Source: a virus
Virus record (IMG/VR): IMGVR_UViG_3300020158_000335
Location: 11,155-75,154 of that record
Strand: one strand, 5' to 3'
DNA: 64,000 nucleotides
Shown here: in pieces, positions 15,885 through 25,997 of the stretch
Numbering within the stretch: position 1 is the first letter of the stretch
Layout of the letters: each line of letters opens with the position of its first letter
The notes under the pieces: model-generated
What the model saw: only the letters and a program-made list of their open reading frames with translations
Told to the model about the DNA's origin: nothing
Databases searched by the model: none
Position numbers and translations under genes: made by a program

Positions 15885-17321
15885 TCAGGCAGCCGACCGC
15901 CCCGCAATACCCGCATCGCAACCCGCCGCCGCATTACCCGCATCACGGTAAGCGACCCCCGCACGAGCGCCATAAGTCAGAGCGCCCCCCGCAGAAAGCG
16001 CCCGCCAACCCGCCGCCGACGGTTGGTAGTAATAATCTGTAACGAATGTAGAGCTACTACCGTTTGCAACCGAAGATGGTAAAAATGTTCCGTCGAAAAG
16101 CGTCTGCTGATAGCCAGTTGTTCCAAGCGGGGTTATTCCAAGCGAAGAATAATTAGTCACACTTTCATCAGTGAACAAAGCAGGGTTATTACAAACATAT
16201 ACCCCGGACGGAAATAGAAAATCCACTCCATCCACCCATTTCCATAGATGCCCATAAAAATTTTCTATCCCATAAAAAGAATTAGCAACAACCATATCAG
16301 ATGCCTGAACGTATGCACACTTATTCGCGTTAGCGACCCCGTATTTGACTGATCCGCAATTGTTCCCCAGTACATTTGTGACACCAGTTTTACATATTTT
16401 CGTAATATCCCACGGTGCCCCCTCTGTATATCCTGGCAACATCAACTGTGAATTCCAGTTTTTGTATCTGGTTAGATATAAGAGAATAATCGCCTCACCC
16501 ATCCAGTAATCGTATTGGTAAAAAGCTCCGTCGGTTGCTTGACGTCGCATTGTCCGACTGAAAGTTGATAATGGCAAGTATCCAGATACAGACCGTATTT
16601 TATCTCCTGATAGATACGATTGTGTTGTAGTTCCGTGAATGTACGCACTACTGCGGTACAAAACGCCCTCATAAGCTGAGCAGTATTTGTAATCCACGGG
16701 TGTAGCCAACCCGCCTGAGAAAAATATTGGGTGAACAACCGCTGTAACTACTGATCCGTTTGATTTTGTATAGCTGAACGCACCATACGAGATCAAAGCA
16801 TACATAAAATTACCATCATTAAACAGCGCATAATAAAATTTAGGGATTTGCACCATGACGTTACCATCTGCACCTGTCAAAGTCGCAGCCGTCCCGTCCA
16901 GCTTCTTTGTTGAGTCATTTGGATGTAAATAGTAATTAAATGCGCCGGTGGTGTGCGCCAGCAGACAACGCTTCATCTGCTCTTGGATCGGAAAATTCTG
17001 ATAGTCGTATTCAAGCAGAGCTCCGTTAACCTGAATGACACCCCTCATTGTATCATTCACAAAATCCCACTTAACGCCATAAGCATAATTATTGCCAGCG
17101 TCAAAATTACCATTTAATTTTTGGATTGCTTGAAGAACTGTGTCTGAAGCAGCTACCGTTCCGGCTCCGGATGTGTAGCCGGTTAAGACGTTTGCAGCCT
17201 CCAGTGCAGCAAAGTTTTCGTCAATCTCGCCATAACGGTCATTCCACAACGCCGCGACCGCTGGCTGTCGTGGAGAACTCAAAATGGGCGTAATCATAGG
17301 ATGCGGTAATATGGACGGCAT
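15885..17321 (-). CDS. DGR target: tail fibre/receptor-binding protein with C-type-lectin-like C-terminus
   Basis: GIENFYGHLWKWVDG motif, C-terminal VR, N-terminal anchor LWNDRYGEIDENF. Confidence 0.9.
   Translation of the reverse strand: MPSILPHPMITPILSSPRQPAVAALWNDRYGEIDENFAALEAANVLTGYTSGAGTVAASDTVLQAIQKLNGNFDAGNNYAYGVKWDFVNDTMRGVIQVNGALLEYDYQNFPIQEQMKRCLLAHTTGAFNYYLHPNDSTKKLDGTAATLTGADGNVMVQIPKFYYALFNDGNFMYALISYGAFSYTKSNGSVVTAVVHPIFFSGGLATPVDYKYCSAYEGVLYRSSAYIHGTTTQSYLSGDKIRSVSGYLPLSTFSRTMRRQATDGAFYQYDYWMGEAIILLYLTRYKNWNSQLMLPGYTEGAPWDITKICKTGVTNVLGNNCGSVKYGVANANKCAYVQASDMVVANSFYGIENFYGHLWKWVDGVDFLFPSGVYVCNNPALFTDESVTNYSSLGITPLGTTGYQQTLFDGTFLPSSVANGSSSTFVTDYYYQPSAAGWRALSAGGALTYGARAGVAYRDAGNAAAGCDAGIAGRSAA
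15891..16019 (-). repeat. DGR variable repeat (VR) at the 3' end of the target gene
   Basis: Encodes the last ~43 aa of the 478-aa protein; adenine-specific differences from TR. Confidence 0.95.
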
Positions 17322-17345
17322 AGGTGTTTCTCCCTGTTTACGGCG

Positions 17346-17576
17346 TTATGATTGCTGTTCCGCGTTCCTGCGTGAGTAAGCCCTCTGACACAAGATACGC
17401 GATGCCATTCTGGGTATTGATATCCGCCAAGTCGATAAACTCGGCAGACAGTTGTTGCCTTTGCAACACCCGTTTTGGAACTCAAGTTTTGTTACAATAC
17501 CTGGCCCGGTATTTTTATTTTCAATAGCCTGAATTCTGACAGACATATTCTCTATTTGTTTCTGCAATGTTGTCAT
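17346..17576 (-). CDS. Hypothetical protein
   Basis: 76-aa co-oriented ORF with upstream GGGAAAA. Confidence 0.35.
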   Translation of the reverse strand: MTTLQKQIENMSVRIQAIENKNTGPGIVTKLEFQNGCCKGNNCLPSLSTWRISIPRMASRILCQRAYSRRNAEQQS

Positions 17577-17601
17577 GGTCTTTTCCCTTTGTTACATTTT
17601 T

Positions 17602-18636
17602 TTAAACAGCAGTATAATAATGATAACCGCATGAAATAGTGAAATTGAACGACGGATCACTCCCTGAGAACAGAATACCCCGCAACGACACTAATGGTGG
17701 GAAAAAGACGGTTGGGCCAGGGTTAGAGACGCTAATTGACACGGCTGCTCCGGTTAAGTAGCAGGTGCTATGCGCCGTACACGAGTTCGATGCCGCACCC
17801 GAACCAACGCATGAGTATGGGATACACAATATAGGTGCGTTTGCATTATAGTTCCAATTATAAACTCCGCTTCCGCCCACGAGCGCAGCCGCAGCCCCTG
17901 TCCCCATTGAAGAGAAAAAACCTGCTCCAGCACCACTACCTAATGCTGTAATAATGGACAACGCAAAAGGCTGCAATGCTGATTCAACAAAAGTTGCGAC
18001 GGCAGCGCTTGAGCATATAGACCTGAGACAACTGGCGGATATAGCCACGGCAGAGAAAGCATTCAAATCTTGCATCGTAGAGTTGCCACATGCGCCCAGT
18101 GTGTCAATACCTCTTCCCACACTATATGCTGCTCCCAGAAATATTGGGCGAGCGACACTGGAGGCAGCAATCACAGTCATGGCGGTGAGGGACATAGAGA
18201 TAGCAGCCATAGCCACACTTGATGCTGCGGTAGCCGTCATCGCAGTGCTGGACGCGGCCAGCAACCCCATTGCGACACTGGAGGCAGCGATCGCAGTCAT
18301 CGCAGTGCTCGATGCTACAAAAACAGGCATGGTAATGTCATCAATGTCCAAGATGGCCTCCATAGCATCGCTGGAGGCAGCAATCGCGGTCATAGCCACA
18401 CTCGACGCCGATATCTCAGACATAGTTCGTAAATCATTCATGGCTGGTGTCGATAACCTAAACGCGCTGTTAAAAATAGCTCCCATTACTCCTGCATAAT
18501 CGCCAGATGCGACCGCCCAAGCAATTGATCCTGTATTTACCCCTTGTATCAGTACACCTGAGCAAACGAGAGCAGATGATAATCTTATTTGATCGCTGAT
18601 AATCGTTGATGATGATGGTTGCGGTATGCTTATCAC
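17602..18636 (-). CDS. Putative tail fibre/virion protein with 10-aa Ala/Ser repeats
   Basis: Repeated IAASS(T/V/D)AMxA units; tail-fibre region. Confidence 0.65.
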   Translation of the reverse strand: MISIPQPSSSTIISDQIRLSSALVCSGVLIQGVNTGSIAWAVASGDYAGVMGAIFNSAFRLSTPAMNDLRTMSEISASSVAMTAIAASSDAMEAILDIDDITMPVFVASSTAMTAIAASSVAMGLLAASSTAMTATAASSVAMAAISMSLTAMTVIAASSVARPIFLGAAYSVGRGIDTLGACGNSTMQDLNAFSAVAISASCLRSICSSAAVATFVESALQPFALSIITALGSGAGAGFFSSMGTGAAAALVGGSGVYNWNYNANAPILCIPYSCVGSGAASNSCTAHSTCYLTGAAVSISVSNPGPTVFFPPLVSLRGILFSGSDPSFNFTISCGYHYYTAV

Positions 18637-18983
18637 GTTGTCACCTCCTTATTGCCGGAAAGATGAAACGTAATCTTGCTCGCTGTCCCGGCCTTTACCC
18701 GGATCGTCTCGGTTGCCTTGGCATGAATCGAATATTCATGAGGCGCTCCGCCCACGGCGGCAATAGCCACATCATAAGCAACCCAGTCCGTATTGGTGGC
18801 GGCATTATCGCCGTGCGCTGCCGGACAATGGGCAATTCGGTAGCTGGACTCTTCGGCGTCCTGGTTGCTGATTCTTAACACCCCGTCGAGTACGGTACCG
18901 GCTGGCACCGCATATAATTGCGCCTCGGAAGTCGATGCAGGGAACAGCGTAGCTATAACGCCTCTTGTGTTTGTAACTGACAT
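18633..18983 (-). CDS. Small beta-rich virion protein
   Basis: AGGAGG RBS; LYAVPAGT..LRISNQ pattern. Confidence 0.65.
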   Translation of the reverse strand: MSVTNTRGVIATLFPASTSEAQLYAVPAGTVLDGVLRISNQDAEESSYRIAHCPAAHGDNAATNTDWVAYDVAIAAVGGAPHEYSIHAKATETIRVKAGTASKITFHLSGNKEVTT

Positions 18984-18994
18984 AAAATACCTCC

Positions 18995-19213
18995 TTAAAA
19001 GGCAAACATATTAAAGAAAGATGGGAAAGAATCAGTTTGCAACTGTGTCACAACTGGGTTTATCGCTGCGATAGACTCATTGATTCCAGCTATAGCTTCA
19101 TCTACCGTGTCAAAGTTTTCGTCAATTTCCGAATATCGCGTATTCCATAGACTGGGTGCTGCGGGCGGTGCGGTATCTGGTATCGGTGTAATCGGGTAAT
19201 GGGGTAGTGTCAT
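18995..19213 (-). CDS. Stand-alone tail fibre anchor peptide
   Basis: LPHYPITPI..LWNTRYSEIDENF matches the N-terminus of the DGR target. Confidence 0.7.
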   Translation of the reverse strand: MTLPHYPITPIPDTAPPAAPSLWNTRYSEIDENFDTVDEAIAGINESIAAINPVVTQLQTDSFPSFFNMFAF

Positions 19214-19227
19214 ATATTCACCTCACA

Positions 19228-19605
19228 TTAAAAAACAAACGTTATAACTGTTTCGAATTCTTCATCAGATTGTTTGATCTTTGGCGCTGAGTTACGGATT
19301 CCAACCATATCGCCATCAATTTTTATTCCAAACTCACTGACGGTTTCACCTACTAAATCGGCTTGCGCCAGTCTTCCGGTTATCATGACATTCCCGTCAA
19401 TTGTCACCGAAATATCCGCCTCCGGGATTGTCGTTTCGATCAACTGGTGATGCAATGCAATCTGATCCGCCTCAATTGCTATCGGCAAATCATCCGCATC
19501 ATGCCCGCCGTCACCGAATACGGCAGTTGCCCCGGCAATGGCTTTTGCCGAAAACACTGATACAAGTAGCGGTTTTAATAAAATCGTACTGGCTGTATTT
19601 GACAT
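19228..19605 (-). CDS. Tail fibre attachment/baseplate protein (P1 gpR-like position)
   Basis: FGDGGH..VSEFGI..APKIK pattern; synteny. Confidence 0.6.
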   Translation of the reverse strand: MSNTASTILLKPLLVSVFSAKAIAGATAVFGDGGHDADDLPIAIEADQIALHHQLIETTIPEADISVTIDGNVMITGRLAQADLVGETVSEFGIKIDGDMVGIRNSAPKIKQSDEEFETVITFVF

Positions 19606-19634
19606 ATCTCGCCTCGTTATTTAAAATTGATTAA

Positions 19635-20897
19635 TTACAGGCCGGGACCAAAATCCCAAGTGCCGTCGATGAGTAAACTTCCATCTAAATATGTTGCAAA
19701 TATGGACACAGGTTCAAATGATATTTCAGCGATGGATATTATTGTCTGCATTGCAGCCACCGTATGATCCGAGACACATTCAACAAATCCAGTGACAAAT
19801 TGTCTCGACGTTGTGCCTCCGAATTCAACAGGAATATCAAACGCTGTTTTCCATTTTGTGCTGCCGTAACCAACATAAATCTTCCGGGACCCGTCAACAG
19901 GCCAAGTACCATCCACGAACATCGACCATACCGACACAGGAGCATATATCCCGGACTTCGCCGTTATGTGCATCGGCCCAGAAGATACCGGATACCGATA
20001 CTTAATATCCCCATTATCCGAACACATAAACCGGGAACCGTCGATTTCCCAGGTGCCGTCCAGTATGAGATAACAACAAAACACAGGGATTGTGTTCCGT
20101 GATGTAATCACCTGCAAATCCGTTGTGTCCCCCCAAATAACAGGGAATTCAACCACAATAGACCAAATCAGCCCGTCAAACACAATATGAAGCGGTTTGG
20201 TAAGTGCTACCCGTGCCCGTGCGGTAGATTCAATCAGCTCCGGTGCTGCTACATTGGCCTCATCAATGTAAAGTTTCCCGCGTGATGTCATGTAACACGA
20301 CACACACACAGTAACATCTGTTGGGGCCTCGACCGCCCAGGACCCGTCCAGGCTACAGGATACGTTTGTCAACCATTCAGGCTGGACTGTCCGCCCGCTT
20401 GTGATGGTTACAGACAGATGATAACTGTCTGTTTCTCGGACAGTCCACGTACCATCCAGCCGCAGTGGCGTTGTCGTTTCCCATGATTCAGAGCCTCGAA
20501 GTATCTCTTCCTCGGTATAAAACTCGCCGTCGATATACTCACGGTCGCTTATCGCATACAGGGGACGCCACTGCATAACGACATCAGGACAAGCACGCCT
20601 GATTGACGCCGTAAGCGGCACTAACGAATCCTTTTGAAGCAGCTCGACTCTACGCTGAACAACCGCCATCGGGATACTGTCATCAAGGATATCAATATCG
20701 TAATACCTGCCAAGCTCAGATAATATCCGATGCTTGTCTTCATCGACTGCGGTAAATATCGAACGAAGCCCGATTTGCCTGGCCAGAAGCGGGTCAAAGT
20801 TTTCTTCCCAAAGCTGCTGGATCGTCTCAGCGAACTCAGTCCAGCGAGGGGTTTCTGATTTTACAGGCGATAATCTTGTTTTTAGCCAATTATCCAT
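19635..20897 (-). CDS. Baseplate protein (P1 gp16-like) with LDG(T/S)W repeats
   Basis: Follows the baseplate J-like gene; KPLHIVFDG; repeated LDGTW. Confidence 0.65.
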   Translation of the reverse strand: MDNWLKTRLSPVKSETPRWTEFAETIQQLWEENFDPLLARQIGLRSIFTAVDEDKHRILSELGRYYDIDILDDSIPMAVVQRRVELLQKDSLVPLTASIRRACPDVVMQWRPLYAISDREYIDGEFYTEEEILRGSESWETTTPLRLDGTWTVRETDSYHLSVTITSGRTVQPEWLTNVSCSLDGSWAVEAPTDVTVCVSCYMTSRGKLYIDEANVAAPELIESTARARVALTKPLHIVFDGLIWSIVVEFPVIWGDTTDLQVITSRNTIPVFCCYLILDGTWEIDGSRFMCSDNGDIKYRYPVSSGPMHITAKSGIYAPVSVWSMFVDGTWPVDGSRKIYVGYGSTKWKTAFDIPVEFGGTTSRQFVTGFVECVSDHTVAAMQTIISIAEISFEPVSIFATYLDGSLLIDGTWDFGPGL

Positions 20898-20942
20898 AAA
20901 TCACATTACCAACATATCGCAAACCATGAAACATTCTCATCA

Positions 20943-20960
20943 CCAGATAGCCGTATATGG
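20943..20960 (-). promoter_or_regulatory. Candidate late-promoter motif copy 2
   Basis: ccagatagccgtatatgg in an intergenic gap. Confidence 0.45.
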
Positions 20961-20963
20961 GCA

Positions 20964-22376
20964 TTACCATCTTGTCAGGTCAATTATTGACGATTCCATG
21001 TTGATTGCGATGATTTGATTCAGCGCAGTTATCTCATGATTTCCTGCAAGGGCAGCGGTATAATCCCCGTCTGCAAAATATCCAGTGGCTTCAACCAAGG
21101 CGTATATTTCTTTCAATAATACATCAGGTTTTCTCAGCCGGGAATTAAGCCCATAATTGGTTTCAAGTGCTTCTGTTATTTTTGCCCGCACGGTTGCTGT
21201 TGCGTATTTTGAACTGACCGCCCCAACGATTGTGACCGTAAAATAATGGACAACCGGAAACACCCATTGAAACCGTCGATTCAACAGCCGCACAGACTGT
21301 AATTTAGTCATGATGTCTGTGCCGATCTCGGTATTGTTTAGGGCATAAGCTGAGACAAATATCTTGTTCACAAACTCAAGGTTTTTATATCCTGATTCGG
21401 ACTCTGCCTCTGTCTCACCCCAAACGTTTATCCATAATATTTCCGGGAATTCACGTCTTAAAAAGAATTCATAATCTTCCTGCCAAACAAGTTGCTCTTG
21501 ATACAACGGCCAGTAAAATAAATTCTTTCGAAGCTCTTCACTCGTTTCAACCGGCTCCCCGCCAATTACCATGACACCTATAATAAATGTCATGGTCGCC
21601 GGTGCGCCTGTTATATCCAGTATCCCGGCTCCGCCTGTTGGGGCAAGCGACATTCCGGCCTGTAAAACAGTAGGGCCAGCGGTTAACCACAACACGATTT
21701 TGATTGAGGCTCCAAGCGGGATTATACTTCCATAATCACCGTTTCCGAATCTGATGCCTATCTGTCCGGTATGCGTGTAAAATTCGTCATATACAGTTGA
21801 TACTGGCAGCGTGTTTTGAAACAGCCTGGCTATTTGCCAGCTCAGATATCCAGCCCCGTCATGCAGATCAACAGATACATCTATTTGAGAGATACTGCTG
21901 GTAAGGGCTGCATCAAACAGAATTTCGTAATATGGTTTTTCCGCTGTTACGTCATGCAGGATAACTTGTTGTGATAACTGGCTGACGTTCGCGTAAGCTA
22001 CTGCACCGGGAACAATCGTATCGGGGATGGCCATTCGGTAATCAATCCCGTAATTCGATTTAAACATTTGCCCTTCTGGGATTGATACTGCGTTTTTGCC
22101 AGTGTTTTTTATCGTAACTATGCCCGTCGAAGGGGTTGCCTTGCGCGGAATATAGCCTCTGTCCTCGGCGTGCGCCATAATGCTGGATTGATTAAGGGCA
22201 GTGGATAAAAATTGCTCTTGCATTGCCCGCTCTGACCCATACTGAGAGGCCCGAAGCGCCCATGACATAAACACTGACAGATGGTTGACAAACTGTGAAT
22301 CCTTGAGATATTGCCAGCCCTCTTTTGTGCCGATGATCTCTTTGAATTTCTCAATGGCCTCGTCATTAGATAACAT
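20964..22376 (-). CDS. Baseplate wedge protein (BplA / J-like)
   Basis: EQFLSTA..AEDRGYIP..IRFGNG..GGEPVET..ELR. Confidence 0.8.
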   Translation of the reverse strand: MLSNDEAIEKFKEIIGTKEGWQYLKDSQFVNHLSVFMSWALRASQYGSERAMQEQFLSTALNQSSIMAHAEDRGYIPRKATPSTGIVTIKNTGKNAVSIPEGQMFKSNYGIDYRMAIPDTIVPGAVAYANVSQLSQQVILHDVTAEKPYYEILFDAALTSSISQIDVSVDLHDGAGYLSWQIARLFQNTLPVSTVYDEFYTHTGQIGIRFGNGDYGSIIPLGASIKIVLWLTAGPTVLQAGMSLAPTGGAGILDITGAPATMTFIIGVMVIGGEPVETSEELRKNLFYWPLYQEQLVWQEDYEFFLRREFPEILWINVWGETEAESESGYKNLEFVNKIFVSAYALNNTEIGTDIMTKLQSVRLLNRRFQWVFPVVHYFTVTIVGAVSSKYATATVRAKITEALETNYGLNSRLRKPDVLLKEIYALVEATGYFADGDYTAALAGNHEITALNQIIAINMESSIIDLTRW

Positions 22377-22737
22377 TTCTGATATTTACCTCGCTATTGA
22401 ACATGCCGGAGCCGTAAAGAATTTGCACATTACAGATGTCAATGTCCCAAAAACCGACCCGGACGCCGTAAATGGGGATGCCGCAATCCGCCGCCAGTTT
22501 TTTTACGATTCGAAATTCCATCATAACCTCCAGATTGGATGACGGCGGCTCGTGCTGGAGCGCCCCCAGGGAGTTGCCCCAACTGGGCATGTCCGCAACC
22601 GTGCCTTCGGGCGTCTCGAACCATTCCTGTATCCGTTCGTTTAGCGCGTCTGAGCCTGAATACGTTGTCAGAACGTCTTGAGGCGCTATTGATAATCCCA
22701 TCAGATGATCGTATTCTTCTAAAATCATATTGCTCAC
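22366..22737 (-). CDS. gp25-like baseplate/sheath initiator protein
   Basis: WFETPEGTVADMPSWG motif; upstream of the wedge gene. Confidence 0.65.
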   Translation of the reverse strand: MSNMILEEYDHLMGLSIAPQDVLTTYSGSDALNERIQEWFETPEGTVADMPSWGNSLGALQHEPPSSNLEVMMEFRIVKKLAADCGIPIYGVRVGFWDIDICNVQILYGSGMFNSEVNIRNVI

Positions 22738-25700
22738 ATCAAATCGTGTGTCAGAAGGGTTAACATGATGTCGTCAAACTCAAACGGGATGATGGACGGC
22801 TGTTTTTGTGTCTGTGTTTGCATTTGGGATGGGTTCCGTCTGTTTGTTTGTGGCTTTTGGAATCCGCCCTGCTGTCCGCCTGATGCCGATGATCCCCCGG
22901 AGCTGCCCCCGCTGTTGGCTATCACTACCGGTTGTGGTTCGGGTTTGGGCTGTACGATAGGGGCCGGGGCTGGCGGCTGTGTTTGTTGACTGCTGGCTAT
23001 TGGTGCCGGTTGCTCGATTGCGGCTGGCTGGCTGGTGGCCGCCGCTTCAATAGGTTGAGCGCTTTGAGCGTCTTTGCTTTTCGCTTTGGTGATGGGATGT
23101 ACCAGGTTTCCGTTTGCGTCTTTCCTGTTTTTTTCAGCGAAATACATGTCTCTACGCTGGGCGCTCGTCAGCGTTTTCGGGTCCACGCCTTTAAGCGCCT
23201 GTGCAAATATGCTCGGTTCTTTTGTCCCACGCTGCGCATCGGTTGTCACGGCCTGGGCTGGTGCGGTTTCGGGTGCTGGGGCCGAGACAGGGCTTGTCGT
23301 TGCGGTCTGGACGGGTGTCACTGGCTCCGCTGGCTGGCTGGCGGTCGCCGCATCAATAGGTTGAGCACTCTGAGTATCTTTGCTTTTTGCTTTGGTGAGA
23401 GGATGCACCAGGTTCCCGTTCGCGTCTTTCCTGTTTTTTTCAGCGAAATACATATCTCTGCGCTGTTCGCTGGTAAGCGTTTTCGGGTCCAAGCCTTTCA
23501 TCGCCTGCGCAAATATGCTCGGTTCTTTTGTTCCACGCTGTACATCGGTTGTCACAGCCTGGGCTGGTGCGGTTTCAGGTGATGGGGCAGCGACGGGAGT
23601 TGCGGTTACGTCCTGGACGGGTGCCACTGGACCCGCTGCGGCTGTTGGAACCATCGACTGGTCAATAGGTTGACCGATTTTTGATGCGACTTCTGGCGAT
23701 GATAATGCTCCGATTTTTGCAGCGTCTTTGTTTTCATTTATGAATCTATTCCCCTGCTTGTTATGAGCTTTTATGCCTCCTTCTAATCTGGGGAAATGTG
23801 CTAAGGTGCCGTCTGCGTTTTTTCTACCTCGTTCAGCGTAAATTCTTTCTCTGATTTGCTCTTTTGATAGCGTTTTCGGGTCCACTCCTTTTGGGAAAGC
23901 CTGGTCTAATATCTGTGGCCCACCCCCCGGTCCATGCTGCGTACCGGTGGAAAATAGGACTTCCTGTAACATGGGATCGGTTGTGTCGATGCCCATTTTT
24001 TTGGCTTTTTTTTCGGTTGGCCCATAATGAGTTTTTTTAATGAAATCAAACTGTGCCTGACCAAATGCTTCAGGGTTTTTAGCCGCAGTTTTTGGCCATT
24101 GCTCGTTGTATTCCTTGCTGCCAGGCTTCATCCCCTCAAAATCTTTTGCCCACGGACTTTGTTTGATAAAGTCCCCGACTGTACCGCCGGAGTGCATTTG
24201 GAACTTGCCATAAGCAAAGCCTTTCACGTCCGGGGCCACTGCCCCAACATCGCCGCGTGACTCATAATGCTCAGCCAATGAACCCAGGCCGGCATATTGG
24301 TAGTCGTCCTTACCGCTGCCTTTCTTTTTCTTTCCTGATGTAGCGACAGGGCTTGTGGTTGTGGTTTGGACGGGTGCGGAGGTTCCGGGTGATGATGTTG
24401 CGACAGGGCTTGTGGTTGCGACGGGCGCAGGGGTTCCAGGTGACGATGTATCGACAGGGCTTGTGGTTGTGGTTTGGGCAGGTGCAGTTCTCGGTGATGA
24501 ACCCGACTCGGTTACACGTCCGACCTCTGTGTGCCTCATTTTGATTCTTGGTATATGGGCATTCGCCATAAGCTCTTTTGCACCATCGAAGGCTGCGACA
24601 ATGAGCGATTGCTGTGCCTTGAGCGCTGTAGCAAGAACGCCGGTTATCTCGGCTTCTTTTTTAAGCTCCTGCTGGCTGCTCCCGTCTGTAGCTGTGGCTT
24701 CTTTGGGGGTACTGCTTCCGTCTGTGGCTGTGGCTTCTTGGGGGGTCCACTTGGCCATAGCTGCGGCTTGTTCTTCGTTTGGGGCCCACCTGGCTATAGC
24801 TGCTTTTTCTTCGTCGTCTGTAAGCCCCACAGTGTCCACGCCGCCAGCTTTATCTGCAACATAACGAGCTTTCTGGAGTGGACTGGCTTCCTCTCCGTCT
24901 GGTACCCCGTATTCTTTTTTTTGCCCTTCTTTATCGTTGTACGCATCATAGATACGTTTTCCAACAACGGCTACGACTCCTGCGGTCACGACAGCAGCTA
25001 TTGTAGCAGGTAAAGCCCCCAAGATAATCGGTGTGATAGCGATAGCACCACTGGTTATCGCACCGGTTATCGCACCGGCTATCACACCAGTAATGTTATC
25101 GCCGATCCTTGATAATAACCCACCGCCTGAAGGCTGGTTTCCCGGCCTGCCTGTACCACCATGCCCGCCCGCGCCCGCTACAACTGTTGCTGTTGTACCA
25201 TCGCCGGCTGTGGCTTGTTCGTGCTCCCGTTGTCCGACGCTTTGGACTGGCCCTGCTGCCTGGGCATCGCCCAATGTTGATATGGCACCAATTAGCTGTT
25301 GGTTCCGGTTCTCAGCCGCAGTGTTGCTGGCCTGAACTGCCGTTGTAACCTCAGATGTTGCGGTAATCTGGGCGTCAACCGACCTGTCACCAGTACTGCG
25401 GTTGCCACGGATTCCACGGAATTTATTGACAACGCCCGTAAATGTGTCTTTGATTTGGCTGCCAAGGCCAATCATTTCAGAAATCATGCCGGTTATTGGG
25501 CCGCCCAACGTAGCCATTCCGACAGTTTCAGCCAAGTCGCCGTTTATTGTAGATCCCCCAGCGTTTCGTCTGCCCGTGGATGTTTGTGGGCGGCCAGATG
25601 TACCACCGGATGTTGATGTACCTCCAGACGTGGCTTGTTCGTGCGCACGTTGTCCGGCGCTGGTGAATCTGCCAGTGGCATCTCTGTTTCTTTGGATAGG

Positions 25701-25997
25701 GGTAACAACAGGGGCAGGGCTGGAAACAACAGGGGCATTCCCCGTAGCCGGGGCAGGGCTGGAAACAACCTGTACCCGCCCCCCACCGGAAGAACCCTGT
25801 CTGTTTGTCTCGACAGAATTTCTGCCGGTTGCGTCAAGCTTTACTGTGATTACAATATCTGTCTGTTGCCCAGGAGCTGCCGCGTACTCGACTGGGCGTG
25901 ACGTTGTGCCACCAGATGCAAAAATATCCAGAATCTTTTTGGTATCGTGCTTAATTCCTACGACTATTGGTTCAATTCCATCGGTGGCTGTCGTCAT
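22734..25997 (-). CDS. Tape-measure/Sit-like protein with lysozyme-like domain
   Basis: Low-complexity regions, hydrophobic segment, LAEHYESRG..AYGKFQM..STGTQHG domain. Confidence 0.75.
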   Translation of the reverse strand: MTTATDGIEPIVVGIKHDTKKILDIFASGGTTSRPVEYAAAPGQQTDIVITVKLDATGRNSVETNRQGSSGGGRVQVVSSPAPATGNAPVVSSPAPVVTPIQRNRDATGRFTSAGQRAHEQATSGGTSTSGGTSGRPQTSTGRRNAGGSTINGDLAETVGMATLGGPITGMISEMIGLGSQIKDTFTGVVNKFRGIRGNRSTGDRSVDAQITATSEVTTAVQASNTAAENRNQQLIGAISTLGDAQAAGPVQSVGQREHEQATAGDGTTATVVAGAGGHGGTGRPGNQPSGGGLLSRIGDNITGVIAGAITGAITSGAIAITPIILGALPATIAAVVTAGVVAVVGKRIYDAYNDKEGQKKEYGVPDGEEASPLQKARYVADKAGGVDTVGLTDDEEKAAIARWAPNEEQAAAMAKWTPQEATATDGSSTPKEATATDGSSQQELKKEAEITGVLATALKAQQSLIVAAFDGAKELMANAHIPRIKMRHTEVGRVTESGSSPRTAPAQTTTTSPVDTSSPGTPAPVATTSPVATSSPGTSAPVQTTTTSPVATSGKKKKGSGKDDYQYAGLGSLAEHYESRGDVGAVAPDVKGFAYGKFQMHSGGTVGDFIKQSPWAKDFEGMKPGSKEYNEQWPKTAAKNPEAFGQAQFDFIKKTHYGPTEKKAKKMGIDTTDPMLQEVLFSTGTQHGPGGGPQILDQAFPKGVDPKTLSKEQIRERIYAERGRKNADGTLAHFPRLEGGIKAHNKQGNRFINENKDAAKIGALSSPEVASKIGQPIDQSMVPTAAAGPVAPVQDVTATPVAAPSPETAPAQAVTTDVQRGTKEPSIFAQAMKGLDPKTLTSEQRRDMYFAEKNRKDANGNLVHPLTKAKSKDTQSAQPIDAATASQPAEPVTPVQTATTSPVSAPAPETAPAQAVTTDAQRGTKEPSIFAQALKGVDPKTLTSAQRRDMYFAEKNRKDANGNLVHPITKAKSKDAQSAQPIEAAATSQPAAIEQPAPIASSQQTQPPAPAPIVQPKPEPQPVVIANSGGSSGGSSASGGQQGGFQKPQTNRRNPSQMQTQTQKQPSIIPFEFDDIMLTLLTHDLM
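23041..23596. repeat. Two ~250-bp direct repeats with 306-bp period
   Basis: QRGTKEPSIFAQA..DPKTLTS.QRRDMYFAEKNRKDANGNLVHP occurs twice. Confidence 0.85.

Noticed and set aside
17602-17760. Second DGR target in the 344-aa fibre-like gene
   Set aside because: No similarity to TR at its 3' end
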